A DNA stretch of 64,000 bases, from positions 54,684,001-54,748,000 of the forward strand of contig CM069141.1 of the NCBI GenBank assembly GCA_035221665.1, written 5' to 3'. The notes below the pieces were generated by a model. The model did no database searches. It worked only from the letters and a program-made list of their open reading frames with translations, and was not told the DNA's origin. This DNA comes from Okamejei kenojei (taxonomy: Eukaryota). A program made the position numbers and the translations under genes. Below, in pieces: positions 1 to 12,900 of the stretch (positions are counted from its first letter, which is position 1; each line of letters opens with the position of its first letter).

Positions 1-2130
1 GATCAACTCACCTGTTTCTGACTGCAAGGGACCTACATTTGTTTTAACTAACCTCTTTCTCTTCACATATCTATAAAAACTTTTGCAGTCAGTTTTTATG
101 TTCCCTGCCAGTTTTCTTTCATAATCTATTTTTCCTTTCCTAATTAAGCCCTTTGTCCTCCTCTGCTGGTCTCTGAATTTCTCCCAGTCCTCTGGTATGC
201 TGCTTTTTCTGGCTACTTTGTACGCATCATCCTTTGCTTTGATACTATCCCTGATTTCCCTTGTTATCCACGGATGCACTACCTTCCCCGATTTATTCTT
301 TTGCCAAACTGGGATGAACAATTTTTGTAGTTCATCCATGCAGTCTTTAAATGTCTTCCATTGTATATCCACCGTCAACCCTTTTAGAATTAATTGCCAG
401 TCAATCTTGGCCAATTCACATCTCATACCCTCAAAGTTACCTTTCTTTAAGTTCAGAACCATTGTTTCTGAATTAACAATGTCACTCTCCATCCTAATGA
501 AGAACTCAACCATATTATGGTCACTCTTGCCCAAGGGGGGCACGTACAACAAGACGGCTAACTACCCCTTCCTCATTACTCAAAACCCAGTCTAAAATAG
601 CCTGCTCTCTCGTTGGTTCCTCTACATGTTGATTTAGATAACTATCCCGCATACATTCCAAAAGATACTCTTCCTCAGCACCCCTGCCAATTTGATTAAC
701 CCAATCTATATGTAGATTGAAGTCACCCATTATAACTGTTTTGCCTTTGTCGCACGCATTTCTAATTTCCTGTTTGATACCATCCCCAACTTCTCTGCTA
801 CTGTTAGGTGGCCTGTACACAACACCCACCAGCGTTTTCTGCCCCTTAGTGTTTTGTAGCTCTACCCATACCGATTCCACATCCTCCAAGCTAATGTCCT
901 TCCTTTCCATTGCGTTAATCTCCTCTCTAACCAGCAACGCTACCCCACCTCCTTTTCCTTTCTCTCTATCCCTCCTGAATATTGAATATCCCTGGATGTT
1001 CAGCTCCCAGCCTACGTCACCCTGGAGCCATGTCTCCGTGATCCCAACTATATCATAATCATTAATATCTATCTGCACGTTCAACTCGTCCACCTTATTA
1101 CAAATACTCCTTGCATTGAGACACAAAGCCTTCAGGCTTGTCTTTACAACGCACTTACCCCTTATACAATTTTGCTGAAAAGTGGCCCTTTTTGATTTTT
1201 GCCCTGGTTTTGTCTGCCTGCCACTTTTACTTTTCACCTTGCTACCTATTGCTTCTACCCTCATTTTACACCCACCTGCCTCTCTGCTCTTGTACCCATC
1301 CCCCTGCCACATTAGTTTAAATCCTCCCCGACAGCACTAGCAAACACTCCCCCAAGAACATTGGTTCCATTCCATTCCAGGTGCAAACCGTCCTGTTTGT
1401 ACCGGTCCCAACTCCCCCAGAACTGGTCCCAGTGCCCTAAAAATTTGAATCCCTCCCCCTTGCACCACTTTTCAAGCCACGTATTCATTTGCAATATCCT
1501 CCTATTTCTACTCTGACTGGCCCGTCTTACTGGTAGTAATCCGGAGATTACTACCTTTGAGGTCCTACTTTTAAGTTTATCTCCTAGCTCCCTAAATTCA
1601 CCTTGTAGGACCTCATCCCTTTTTTTACCTATATCGTTGGTGCTAACATGTACCACGACAACTGGCTGTTCACCCTCCCCCTCCAGAATGTTCTGCAGCC
1701 GTTCAGTGACATCCCTGACCTTTGCACCAGGGAGGCAACATACCATCCTGGAGTCTCGTTTGCGGCCGCAGAAACGCCTATCTATTCCCCTGACAATTGA
1801 ATCCCCTATTACTATTGCCCTTCCCCTCTTTTTTCCCCCCTCATGTGCTGCAGAGCCACCCATGGTGCCATGAACTTGGCTGCTGCTGCATTCCCCTGAT
1901 GAGCCATCTCCCTCAACAGTATCCAAAATGGTATACCTGTTTAGGATGGAGATGACCACAGGGGACTCCTGCACTACCTGCCTACTGCTTTGCTGGCTAT
2001 TGGCCACCCGTTCCCTTTTTGTCCTCTTACCTTTTGCCTGCGGTGTGACCAACTCACTGTACGTGCTATCCACGACTTTCTCCGCATCGTGGATGCTCCA
2101 GTATGAATGATACTGCAATGATTACATGAC
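1..2130 (-). mobile_element. CR1-clade LINE fragment: ORF1 (SGNH esterase-like) and ORF2 APE endonuclease start, running off the left edge
   Basis: ORF 1312-2118 has VIGDSIVRG, HVSTNDIG and DGLHL. ORF 521-1312 has CLNARS, ITETWL, YRPP and MGDFN. Confidence 0.9.
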
Positions 2131-2145
2131 CTCCCGGTTGCCAAA

Positions 2146-2755
2146 TAGACAATAGACAATAGGTGCAGGAGTAGGCCATTCGGCCCTTTGAGCCAGCACC
2201 GCCATTCAATGCGATCATTGCTGATCATCAGTATCCCGTTCCTGCCTTCTCCCCATATCCCCTGACTGCTATCTTTAAGAGCCCTATCTAGCTCTCTCTT
2301 GAAAGTATCCAGAGAACTGGCCTCCACTGCCTCCGAGGCAGAGAATTCCACTGACTCACAACTCTCTGTGAGAAAAAGTGTCTCCGTTCTAAATGGCTTA
2401 CCCCTTATTCTTAAGCTGTGGCTCCAGATTCTGGACTAGCCAACATCGGGAACATGTTTCCTGCCTTTAGAGTGTCCAAACCCTTAATAATCTTGTATGT
2501 TTCAATAAGATGCCATCTCATCCGTCTAAACTCCAGAATATACAAGCCCAGCCACTCCATTCTCTCAGCATATGACAGTCCCGCCATCTCGGGAATTAAC
2601 CTGGTAAACCTACGATGCACTCTCTCAATAGCAACAATGTCCTTCCTCAAATTAGGGGACCAAAACTGCACACAATACTCCAGGTGTGGTCTCACTAGGG
2701 CCCTATACAACTGCAGAAGGACCTTTTTGCTCCTATACTCAACTCCTCTTGTTAA
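2146..2755 (-). mobile_element. CR1-clade LINE 3' fragment
   Basis: ORF 2411-2863 has LVRPHLEYCVQFWSP; typical 3' tail (atagacaa repeats). Confidence 0.85.
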
Positions 2756-5168
2756 ATAGTTTAACCCCTCCTTCCCATTCCCATAGTAATCTTTCTGTCC
2801 TGGGCCTCCTCCACTATCAGAGTGAGGCCACATGCAAATTGGACAAACAGGAATCTTGAGCAAAACACAAAGAGCTGGAAGGTCTTAGTGGTGCAGGCAG
2901 CATTTGTGGAGGGAATGGAAAGATGGCATTTCAGAGTCTTCCTCTTACTCTCAATAGTCTGTTTTCAAGACTCTCTTTTCATTGTACTTGCACTCTGGTC
3001 ACACTCTCATTTAACTCCTGAGAAGAAGGTATAGGAGCCTGAACACTGAATATCCAAGTTAAGGAATAATTTATTACCAACAACCAGTTGGCCACTAAGA
3101 ACAACTAAACTCCAAAGTAAAACTGCTTTGATTGCACTAGGGACTTCAGGCTTGTTCTCCTTTTGCATTCTAGCATAATGGTTTTTTTTTTAATGTATTG
3201 AACTTCTTTTGTTGTTTATAACGGTATCTACTGCAGACTATGTTGACATGCCTGTTGTGATGCTGCAAGTAAGAATTTTGTTGTTCCAGTTTGGGAGATA
3301 TGGCAATAAAATATTCTTGACTCTTGACAATATATTCAACTTGGCTTGATTTGACTTGAGTAGACATACTAGGACATGTCCTGCCCATCTGATCGCTGAT
3401 TATTTCAAGAATTTGTAGACGCTACGCAGGTTTGTCTCGGGTAGGATCAGTGTGCCTGCAATCTTGTCTTCCCACTTGTTATGAAGCATTCAGCACAGAC
3501 AGGTCATGTGGAAATGCTTATGATGTCTGGCCAATAAATAAACTGCTGGAGGAACTCAGCGAGTCAGGCATCATCTGTGGAGGGAAGTAGATGAGACAGA
3601 CAAGGATGTCTGGAATCACTGCTATATACAGACCATGTCTCTCAAAATGAGTTGTCAACTGCATTGATCACATCTTGATCCTATGTTGTAATCGTGATCT
3701 GAGACGGTTTTCTTTTCCCAGAAACACGGTGTCTGAGAGATTATGCCAACCCACTGCACTTATTAAACAGCAGTCAGCATGAACATAGCAAATACACCTG
3801 ATAGGGAAGATAAATAGGTAGGGCAAAAACAGAAAGCTTGAGGAACTCAGGAGGCAAGGCAGTACATGTGGCGAGAAATGGACAGACAATATTTTGCATT
3901 GGGGTGCACTTCATGTGGTGACCCAAAACGTCAACTGGCCATTTCTCTCCACAGATGCTGCCTGATCTGTTGAGTTCCTCCAGCACTTTGTTTTTTTGCT
4001 CAAGATTCCAACATCTGCAGACTATTGTATCCCCATAAACATTTTGGAGTTTAAAAGAATGAGGGGTGATCTTATTAAAACATATAAGATCCTGACGAAA
4101 AATGCTAGAATTGATTTGAGATGTCTTCAGTAGTGAGCGAGTCCCAAACAAGAAGAGGGGTCACAAAATGATGGGTTGGTCATTTACAATTGGGTGCATA
4201 CAAAGTTCCCTAACCACATGTAGTATCTCTGGAATTCTCAGTCATTGGGATAGTATAGGGCAGGTCAGTAGATATACATTAGTGGAGATAGAATAAGGAT
4301 CTTTCAAAATACAAATGCTGTAGGAACACAGTGGATCAGGCAGCATCTGAGGTGGGTTTAGAAATTCAATGTTTTGGTTCAGGAACCTTCCTCAAACTGC
4401 AGTCTGATGAAAGTTCCTGATCCAAAATGTTGTCGATCCATTCCCTTCACAGATGTTGCCTGACTTGCTGAGTTCCTACAGCACTTTGTGTTTTGGTCAA
4501 GATTCCAGCATCTGCAGTCCATTCTGCAGTGCTTTTGACTGGATATTCTAAACGTTCTGCAGAATCAGGTGGTCAGCAAGAATACTATGTATTTGAGCCA
4601 TTTTCTGTGAGTAATATCATTTAATTTTATTTTCTTACTGTTGCTAATTACTGTCTGTGAATTTTCTGTTTTTCTGCACCTAACCTTAACATTTGACATC
4701 TGTAATGAGCCTGATTCATAAACTCATGTTAATTAGTCATGGAAGCAGAAGTAGGCCATTTGGTCCATTGAGCCTATTTCAATCATCATGGCGCAGCGGT
4801 AGAGTTGCTGCCTCACTGCGCCAGAGACCCAGGTTTATTCCTGAGCACGGGTGTTTTCTTTATGGAGTTTGTACATTCTTCTGTGACTGCATGGGCTTTC
4901 TCTGGGTGCCCCAGTTTCCTCCCACGTTCCACAGACCTGCTAGTTTGTAGGTTAATTGGCTTTGGTAAAAAATGGTAAATTGTCCGTAGTGCGTAGGTTG
5001 GAGCTAGCATACGAAGATCGCTAGTTGGCACAAACTCGATAGGCTGAAGAGCCTATTTCCGTGTTGTATCTTTAAGTGAAACAAAACAGTAAACGTGCGT
5101 GAAGCAGTCACAAGGAATTACCAGTAAAGTAATTTTTGTTTTTTTTTTACAGGGAATAAATTTGTAAA

Positions 5169-5256
5169 ATGAAGCTACAATTTTTCTGCAGCAGAGTCTA
5201 CACAGAGTTGATGTTCGATTTTTTAGTGTTTCTACTTCCATCTATTACCGCAGGAA
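5169..5256 (+). CDS. Gene A leader (signal peptide) exon, MKLQFFCSRVYTELMFDFLVFLLPSITAG
   Basis: Polypyrimidine acceptor ttttttttacag ends at 5152, in-frame TAA at 5157 precedes ATG 5169, hydrophobic core ends in ITAG, phase-1 donor A|gtaagt at 5256/5257. The acceptor implies an upstream non-coding exon that I could not locate. Confidence 0.75.
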
Positions 5257-8200
5257 GTAAGTGCCATATCTTTAGTTTAACAGTTTAGAGATACAGCACG
5301 GAAACAGGCCCTTTGGCCCACCGGGACCGCGCCGACCAGCGATCGTCACACATTAACACCATCCTACACCCACCAGGGACAATTTATGCGTTTACCAAGC
5401 CAATTAACCTACAAACCTGTACGTCTTTGGAGTCAATCTGTCCAACATAATCGCATTGCTTGACCACAGTAGAGTGTTTAATGAAATCACATTTCCAGTA
5501 TTCAGCGAGTTTGTAAGGTCTTTACTTCCATCTCCATCCTCCTTTAAACAACAAATATATGTTCACAATGCAGATTTTGTTGATTGATTAAAAGATACAG
5601 ATTGAAATATGGCCTTTCAGTCCACCAAGTCCACATCAACCCTCGATTAACAGTTCACACAAGTTTCTTTATTATCACACTTTTGCATCCACCCCCTACA
5701 TTTTAGGGGCAATTTACAGAGGCCAATTAACTTATAAACTACACGTATTTGGGATGTGGGAGGAAACTGGACCACCCAGAGGAGACCTACCTCTGTGGCT
5801 CGAGTGGTCACACAGAGATCATGCAAACTCCACACGGACAGTTCCTGAGGTCAAGATCAAACTTGGGTCTCTGGCACCATGGAGCAGCAACTCTACCAGC
5901 TAAGCCCTTCTGCCATCCTTCACTAATTCAATAATGTTCCGTACTTCAATAATGGCATTGGAGATGAGATGTCACTTGAACAGTTACAGTAAGACATGTC
6001 TATTTTTATACGCCAACTCCCTTGAATTAAAGGCAAGCATTTCAATACTTACCTGTTGAATCTGTGTTTCATAAATGAGGGCTTTCAAATTCCTTTCTGC
6101 AGCTTTCCACAGTCCTTCTCTCTTTAGGTAACAATCTGCCCATTCAATCTACTTCCCAGAGTGAACAACTTCATATTTCCACGTGATGGCATAGCAAGTC
6201 AAGCTACAGCCTGCCAGCTCCAGCCAGTTCAATTCAGATCTCAGATGCTGTCTATGTTGAGTTTGCTTGTTCTTCCTGTGATTGAGTGGGATTTCTCTTA
6301 TATCCCAACGATGTGTAGGTTGGTTAGATACATTGCAATATTTGTTTCCTCCATTAGCAACCTGAAGCATTTCATAACATTTATGCTATATATGCGCAAC
6401 AGAGTGAATGGAGTGTTGCAAGGGCAGGTACTGAAAAGTTCAAGCCAACCATCGTTCACGCTAGTTCGATGATATCCCATTTATCCATCCACTCCCTGTA
6501 CACCAGAGATTGTTTACAGTGGCCAAATTATCTACAAACCCTCACATCTTTGGGACATTGGTGGAAATCAGAGGCCATACGGAGGAAATATCCAAAACTC
6601 TACACAGCCACCACCTGAGATTAGGATTGATCCCAGGTCTCTGGCCCTGTGAGGCAGCAGCTCCACCACCTGCACCACTATGCCACCCTGATGATTCTGC
6701 ATATCACAAGTAGTGGCAGCAATGAAGGCAAAATGATCAGCTGATGATGAAAAGATGATTACCAGAAGAATTCCAATTCTATTAGTTTAGTTAAATCAGT
6801 GAATAGTATTTGTTTTATGCTAATCAATCATTCATTGTGGGTGCTGGATTGATGGGCTTCATTTGAAATATTAAATATTTTAGTGTTGGATCTAATGTTT
6901 TTGACAGGTGGTCCAGAACATATTTACTTTTCAACTCCTGCTGCTGAAATTGTTCTGAAAGGACCAGAGCATCCAGAAAATAGTCAGCATGTGTTGAAAT
7001 GGAAGCCACACTCATGGCAACATACCCAGAAACTGGCATCTATTGTCAAAGGATATTGGGGAGACTGGAGATTGGAATTGAATCGGCCCTCGGAAAAGAA
7101 CGGCTTGTACAAGGACATACTACTTTCCCATGGTATCCAATATATAAAGATAAGACAACCTGCATTTAACTTTGCGGGATTGTTCACATTGATTCAAAAA
7201 CAACCAACTAAGCAAATTGTGAAACAATATGAATTATTTGGACTCAAAGGTAAGTAGGATGGTATCGGAGAGAGTCACAGTAATGTGCTACAATGCAATT
7301 CGGTAATGTAGAGAGATTGTGTTGGAAAGAGCTGAAGATACGGGTTTATAGCATACTTTTTATGTCCGAACATGGATATAAAGAACTGAGTAACTCAGTG
7401 GGCAGGCAGCATCTCAGCAGAAAAGGAATAGGTGACGTTATGGGTCGAGACTCTTCGTCGGATTGAGAGTCAGGGGAGAGGGAAATCTCTAGTTTCCCTC
7501 TCCCCTTACTCTCAGTCTGTAGGAAGGTCTTGACTCGAAACATCATCTATTCCTTTTCTCCAGAGATGCTGCCTGACCAGTTGAGTTGCCCCGGCTTTTT
7601 GTGTCTATCTTCAATAATCAATGGTTGATATGATAATTACATCACCTGATGTTGAACGAAAATCTCAATTTATTAAGCAATGCAAAGATTTTTTGTTTGA
7701 TCAGCCAAAAAGCTGTTTGCCAGAACATCGAGATCTATCATCATATGCTGACAATTAAAAAGGCAATGCACAGCTGCCCTGTATGTAAAGTGGATAGAAA
7801 TATGTTACTGCTGTGAAAGATGACATGATGATAAAAATGCAATACTTTAGGGGAAGTCTAGAGTCAAGTCAAGTCAAGAGAGTTTATTGTCATGTGTCCC
7901 AGATGGGACAATGAAATTCTTGCTTGCTACAGCACAACAGAATATTGTAGGCATAAAAACAGATCAGATCAGTGTGTCCATATACCATATATATTACACC
8001 AATTCCAGTGGGGTGGGGGGGGAGGCTTTCTGGAGCACTAGTATGGGGTGTTGTGGGCTGAAGGGACTGGTTTACAGAGGGCTAGAATGGACATTGTGGG
8101 CCGAATGGATTCTTGGGCGGGTGGCTCAGTCACTCAAGGCTGTTGTGCTGGCAGCTCACTCACTCATGGCTGGTGGGCTGGCAGTTGACTCACCGCTATT

Positions 8201-9889
8201 CCTTGAAATTCCATTTCAAGCAGGGTGCAAGGCCACCAAATTCAAGTGCAGTTTCTTACCACTTCAAGCAGGGTGCTAGGCCACCAAATTCAAGTGCAGT
8301 TTTATACCATTTCAAGCAGGGTGCAAGACCACTAAAGAGAGTGAGTCACGACCTCTCCCTCCTCCATCTTGCAGAGACTGAGCCATGCCTGCACTTCTGG
8401 GTTATATAGTCCCTCCCCCTCCCACCAGAAGGGGCGTGGTCTTCATGGCTTGATTGACAGGAGAGAGAATCTCAACATTTTTTAAACACTAATAAGTCTT
8501 TTATTTTTCATCAATGGGAAAATTCCTCGGCACCTGATGAGCAGAGGGGGACTCTGAGTAAGATGGTCAAAAATCACAGCCGTACACTGTAGCGTTTCTT
8601 TCTAAAATCAATATAAAGCGCCAACAGGAAATGGTCAAGATTAGACTTTTAATTATATAGAAGGCAAGGCAACTTTAATTAGGCAAAGCAACTTTAATTA
8701 GACAAGGCAACTTTAATTAGGCAAGGCAACTTTAGCATTTCCAAACCAAAGGCAACACAGCTTTAGCATTTCCAAATCAAAGGCAACACAGCTTTAGCAT
8801 TTCCAAACCAAAGGCAACACATCTTTAGCATTTCCAAACCAAAGGCAACACAGCTTTAGCATTTCCAAACTATAATTTAAAACCACATTAAGGGCACTGA
8901 CGGGTCAGTAAAACCACTCACAGTTTAGTAGACATGTGTTCAGTGTTATTCACAGCTCAGACTGAGAGGCGTGACCCTCTCGCTTCCCCATCTTGCAGAG
9001 ACTGACTGAGGCACTCAACACTTCTGGGTTTTATAGTCCCTTCGGAAGGGGCGTGGCCTTCAGGAGAGAGAATCTCAACATTTTTAAAACACTAATAACT
9101 CTTTTATATTTCATCAATGGGAAAAATCCTCTTGTCCTGGGGGACTCTGAGTATGATGGCCAAAAATCACAGCCGTAAGTGGCAGCGTTGTTTGTAAAAT
9201 CAATATACAGAACAACAGGAAGTGGTCAAGGTCAGACTTTTAGTAATATAGATATATATACACCCATAAATAAACAGATAAAAGTGCAATAGGCTTTTAT
9301 AGTTCAGAGTTTGTTTGAAGTTGTGTTTAATAGTCTGATGGCTGTGGGATTGAAGCTGTTCCTGAACCTGGATGTTGCAGATTTCAGCCTCCTGTACCTT
9401 CAACCTGATGGCAGAGGAGAAATGTATAAATGTACCATTTCATATGGTCTCTGTTCCTAGAGTCTCCCACTAGTTGAAACATCCTCTCCATATTCACTCT
9501 TTTAGTAGAATTGAATCAAGTATGTCACAACCATAAAACTCTGATAACTCATAATGCCACTGAAGATTAAAAGGAAGAGGCTGGGTAATACCTAACACCA
9601 GAATGAAGTTAATATTGCTGTCAAACTGTTTACCATTTTAACTCTCCATTCACTCCCACCCAACCTATTTGCCCTCAGCCTTCACCGCCTCAATAGAGAG
9701 ACCATGTACAAATTGGAAGAACAATATCTCAACATCTCTGGTTCAGCTTGTGGAAGCAAGCCAATTGTATGAACATTGAATTTTCCAAATGCATGCAAAC
9801 CACAGCTCCAGTGATCCCTTTCTCCCACGTTTCTATCTGCTCTCCACCCCCGCCACATCTGTTTAATCTATCACCCACCAGCCTCAATC

Positions 9890-9922
<33 letters not shown>

Positions 9923-12900
9923 TACTGTGGCAGAAGTGTCCAAAAGCAAGGGGCATGGGTATAAAATGGGAAATAAGTTCATAAAGGATGTGAGGAAGAG
10001 GCTTTCCACCCAGAAAGTGATTGGAATCTGGAGCACACTGTCTGAGAAGGAGGTGGAGGCGGATCCTCACCTAACATTTCTGAAGATGCGGACAACTGCT
10101 TCAATAGTTAAGGCATTGCAGGTTACAGATTCCTCCACATGGGTCCTTGATTCTCCAATAAGTTCAAGTGCAAGGCCATAAGTTCAGGTCTGCTTACCTG
10201 ACCCTGGTGGGGCAAGACAGAGTCCTTTCAGGTCAATTATATCCTTCCATGCCATGGGTGTTCTTATGTCAAAGCTAGCCTGACAGATACATGCTGATAA
10301 TGGATACATCCTGTGGACACTTTGAATCCAGTCATTGGACTGTACACACCACTGCTCACTCTGGATCTCACCGATGTGTTTTTCCACAGTTGAGATAAGC
10401 CCACAGCAGCCTGTGGTGGGCAATGACGTCACACTCAGCTGCACCATCTCCAGACTCTCAGATACAGTCAGCCTTCATTGGAGACCAATGGGCTCATCCC
10501 AGCAGAGCAGGAGCAACACTGATCAGATCCGCCTCAATAACACAGTCTATCTGATGATCCGACATGTTACAGTGGAGGATGGGACGTATGTGTGTGATGT
10601 GCAGGAAAAAGGAAAAATCGTTCATACAAGGAAAGCAGATTTTGTTGTGAATCATGGTAAGTGCTCATAACTTACATTAAATGTTAAAGAGTCTGAAGAA
10701 CGGTCCCAATCCAAAACGTCATCTATCCATTTCTCTCCATGGAGTGCTGCCTAACCTGTTGAGTTCCTTCAGCAATTTGTCTCATTGTTCAAGATTCCAG
10801 CGTCTGGAGTCTCTTGTGTCTCTCTAAGCTTAGTTTTAAGTTTTAAAGATACATCATGGAAACTGGTCCTTCTGTGGTAGGGTTCCTTGATGATAGATGT
10901 CAACTTCTGGTGGGAGTTGATCATGGTGTACAAAATGATGTGAGGTCCTGGCAGGGGAACAGGGAGTAGGACATATTTCCCTCAATAGTGATTGCAATAA
11001 GTTGTGGACAGATCCGAGGAGATTAGTGGAAGAAATAGAGGAGTTGGCAAATGGTTTTCTTCACCAGGAGTGATACGTGTGTAAAACTTACTTTCCGAAG
11101 GTTGGTGAAGGCAAGATCTTTCCATCTCATTAGAAAGTACCTGGATGAGCAGATGGATCTAACTCATAATGCTTTAGATCAGGACCTGGGCAATGGGATT
11201 AATAGAAGGAGCTTCTCTTTCCTGATAGGAAGATGATGGGCTGAATGGCCTCCTTCAGTGCTCTCAGTTATTCAATGGAATAGAGAAAGGGAAAATAGAA
11301 AGAGAAAAAGGAGAGAAGGCAAAGTGTAAAGATTTGCAGGTTGAAAAATACGCAATGATAAAACCCAGAAATTGTCACCAGCTCAGTAACCTGGATTGAT
11401 GGAAACCCACAAAAAAGATCACTTCACATCAGACCCATCTTCAGGGCAGCACAGTGGTGCAGCAGTGGAGCTGTTGCCTCACAGCACCAGATACCCAGGT
11501 TCAATCCTGTCTATGGTTGCAGTCTGTGTGGAGTTTGTACATTCTCCCTGTGATCATGTGGGATTCCTCCAGGTTTTCTAGTTTCCTCCCACATCCCAAG
11601 ATCATGTGGGTTTGTAGGCTAATAGGCCTTTGTAAAATTGTCAATGTGGACTATTTTTTCTGTAGATGTGGCACTCTTTTCTTCATTCTGTTTCTCTATA
11701 ACATTACCTGATGTACTCATGTATGGCATGTTTGGCCTAGATATAACACAATTGTTTTCATTGTATCTCAGTACCCATGGCGATATGCAACAATAATAGA
11801 TGCTGCTTGACCCGCTGAGTTCATCCAACAATTAGCTTTTTATTCAAGTTTCCAATATCTGCAATCTCTTATGCACGTTACATGGCTTAGATGACTTCTG
11901 GCAGTAAAATGTTGCTAATACAAGTAAAATATTGGTTGGGACATTACTTGAGGAATTATTCCTGATAAATACAGATTTCAACTGCTTGTAGCAAACCTTA
12001 TTTGAATCATTAGAAATTTTCACCCAAATGGCAATGGCTACCATTTGTGCTTGCTCAGTCCCAGATTAACCGACCCATGATATCACACCAAAAAAAAATC
12101 GGATCTAATCAAAAAGAGAAAAAAAATTATTTTCACTTTCTCTAGCAACTTTTATTTGTTGATTTTCATTTATGTATAAATTTTAAATGGCCTGAACTGA
12201 AAATAAATTGATGAAGTTCTTCAAAACATCAATAATCTTTATAAAGTTCTGATCAATAATATATGAATGTTTTTAATTTTCTCTTCACTTGTTAATGTGG
12301 GAATTTCTCCAGAAATCAAACAGTCAGCATTGATGGAGTTCCATCATCACATATGGTTATTTAGACAATAGACAATAGGTGCAGCAGTAGGCCATTCGGC
12401 CCTTCAAGCCAGACTGATTTACTAGATATACAGTGCCCTCCATAATGTCTGGGACAAAGACACATCATTTATTTATTTGCCTCTGTACTACACAATTTGA
12501 GATTTGTAATAGAAAAAAAATCACATGTGGTTAAAGTGCACATTGTCAGATTTTATACATTTTTGTTTCACCATGTAGAAATTACAGCTGTGTTACAACT
12601 GTGAAATTACTGTGAAATTACAGTCCCCCCACATCAGGACACCATAATGTTTGTGACACATAGCTTTACAGGCGTTTGTAATTGCTCTGATGTGTTTAAT
12701 TGCCTCCTTAATGCAGGTACAAGAGAGCTCTATGCACATAGTCTTTCCTCCAGTCTTTCCATCACCTTTGGAAATGTTTATTGCAGTTTATCAACATGAG
12801 GACCAAAGTTGTGCCAATTGAAAGTCAAATAAACCATTATAAGACTGAGAAACAAGAATAAAACGGTTATGGAGACATCAGCTAAACCTTAGGCTTACCA

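Noticed and set aside
197-2759. Plus-strand ORFs 197-595, 717-1058, 1637-1873 and 2418-2759
   Set aside because: They are antisense shadows of CR1 LINE coding sequence.
8662-8870. CRISPR-like repeat array
   Set aside because: The units are contiguous with no unique spacers, and the context is eukaryotic.
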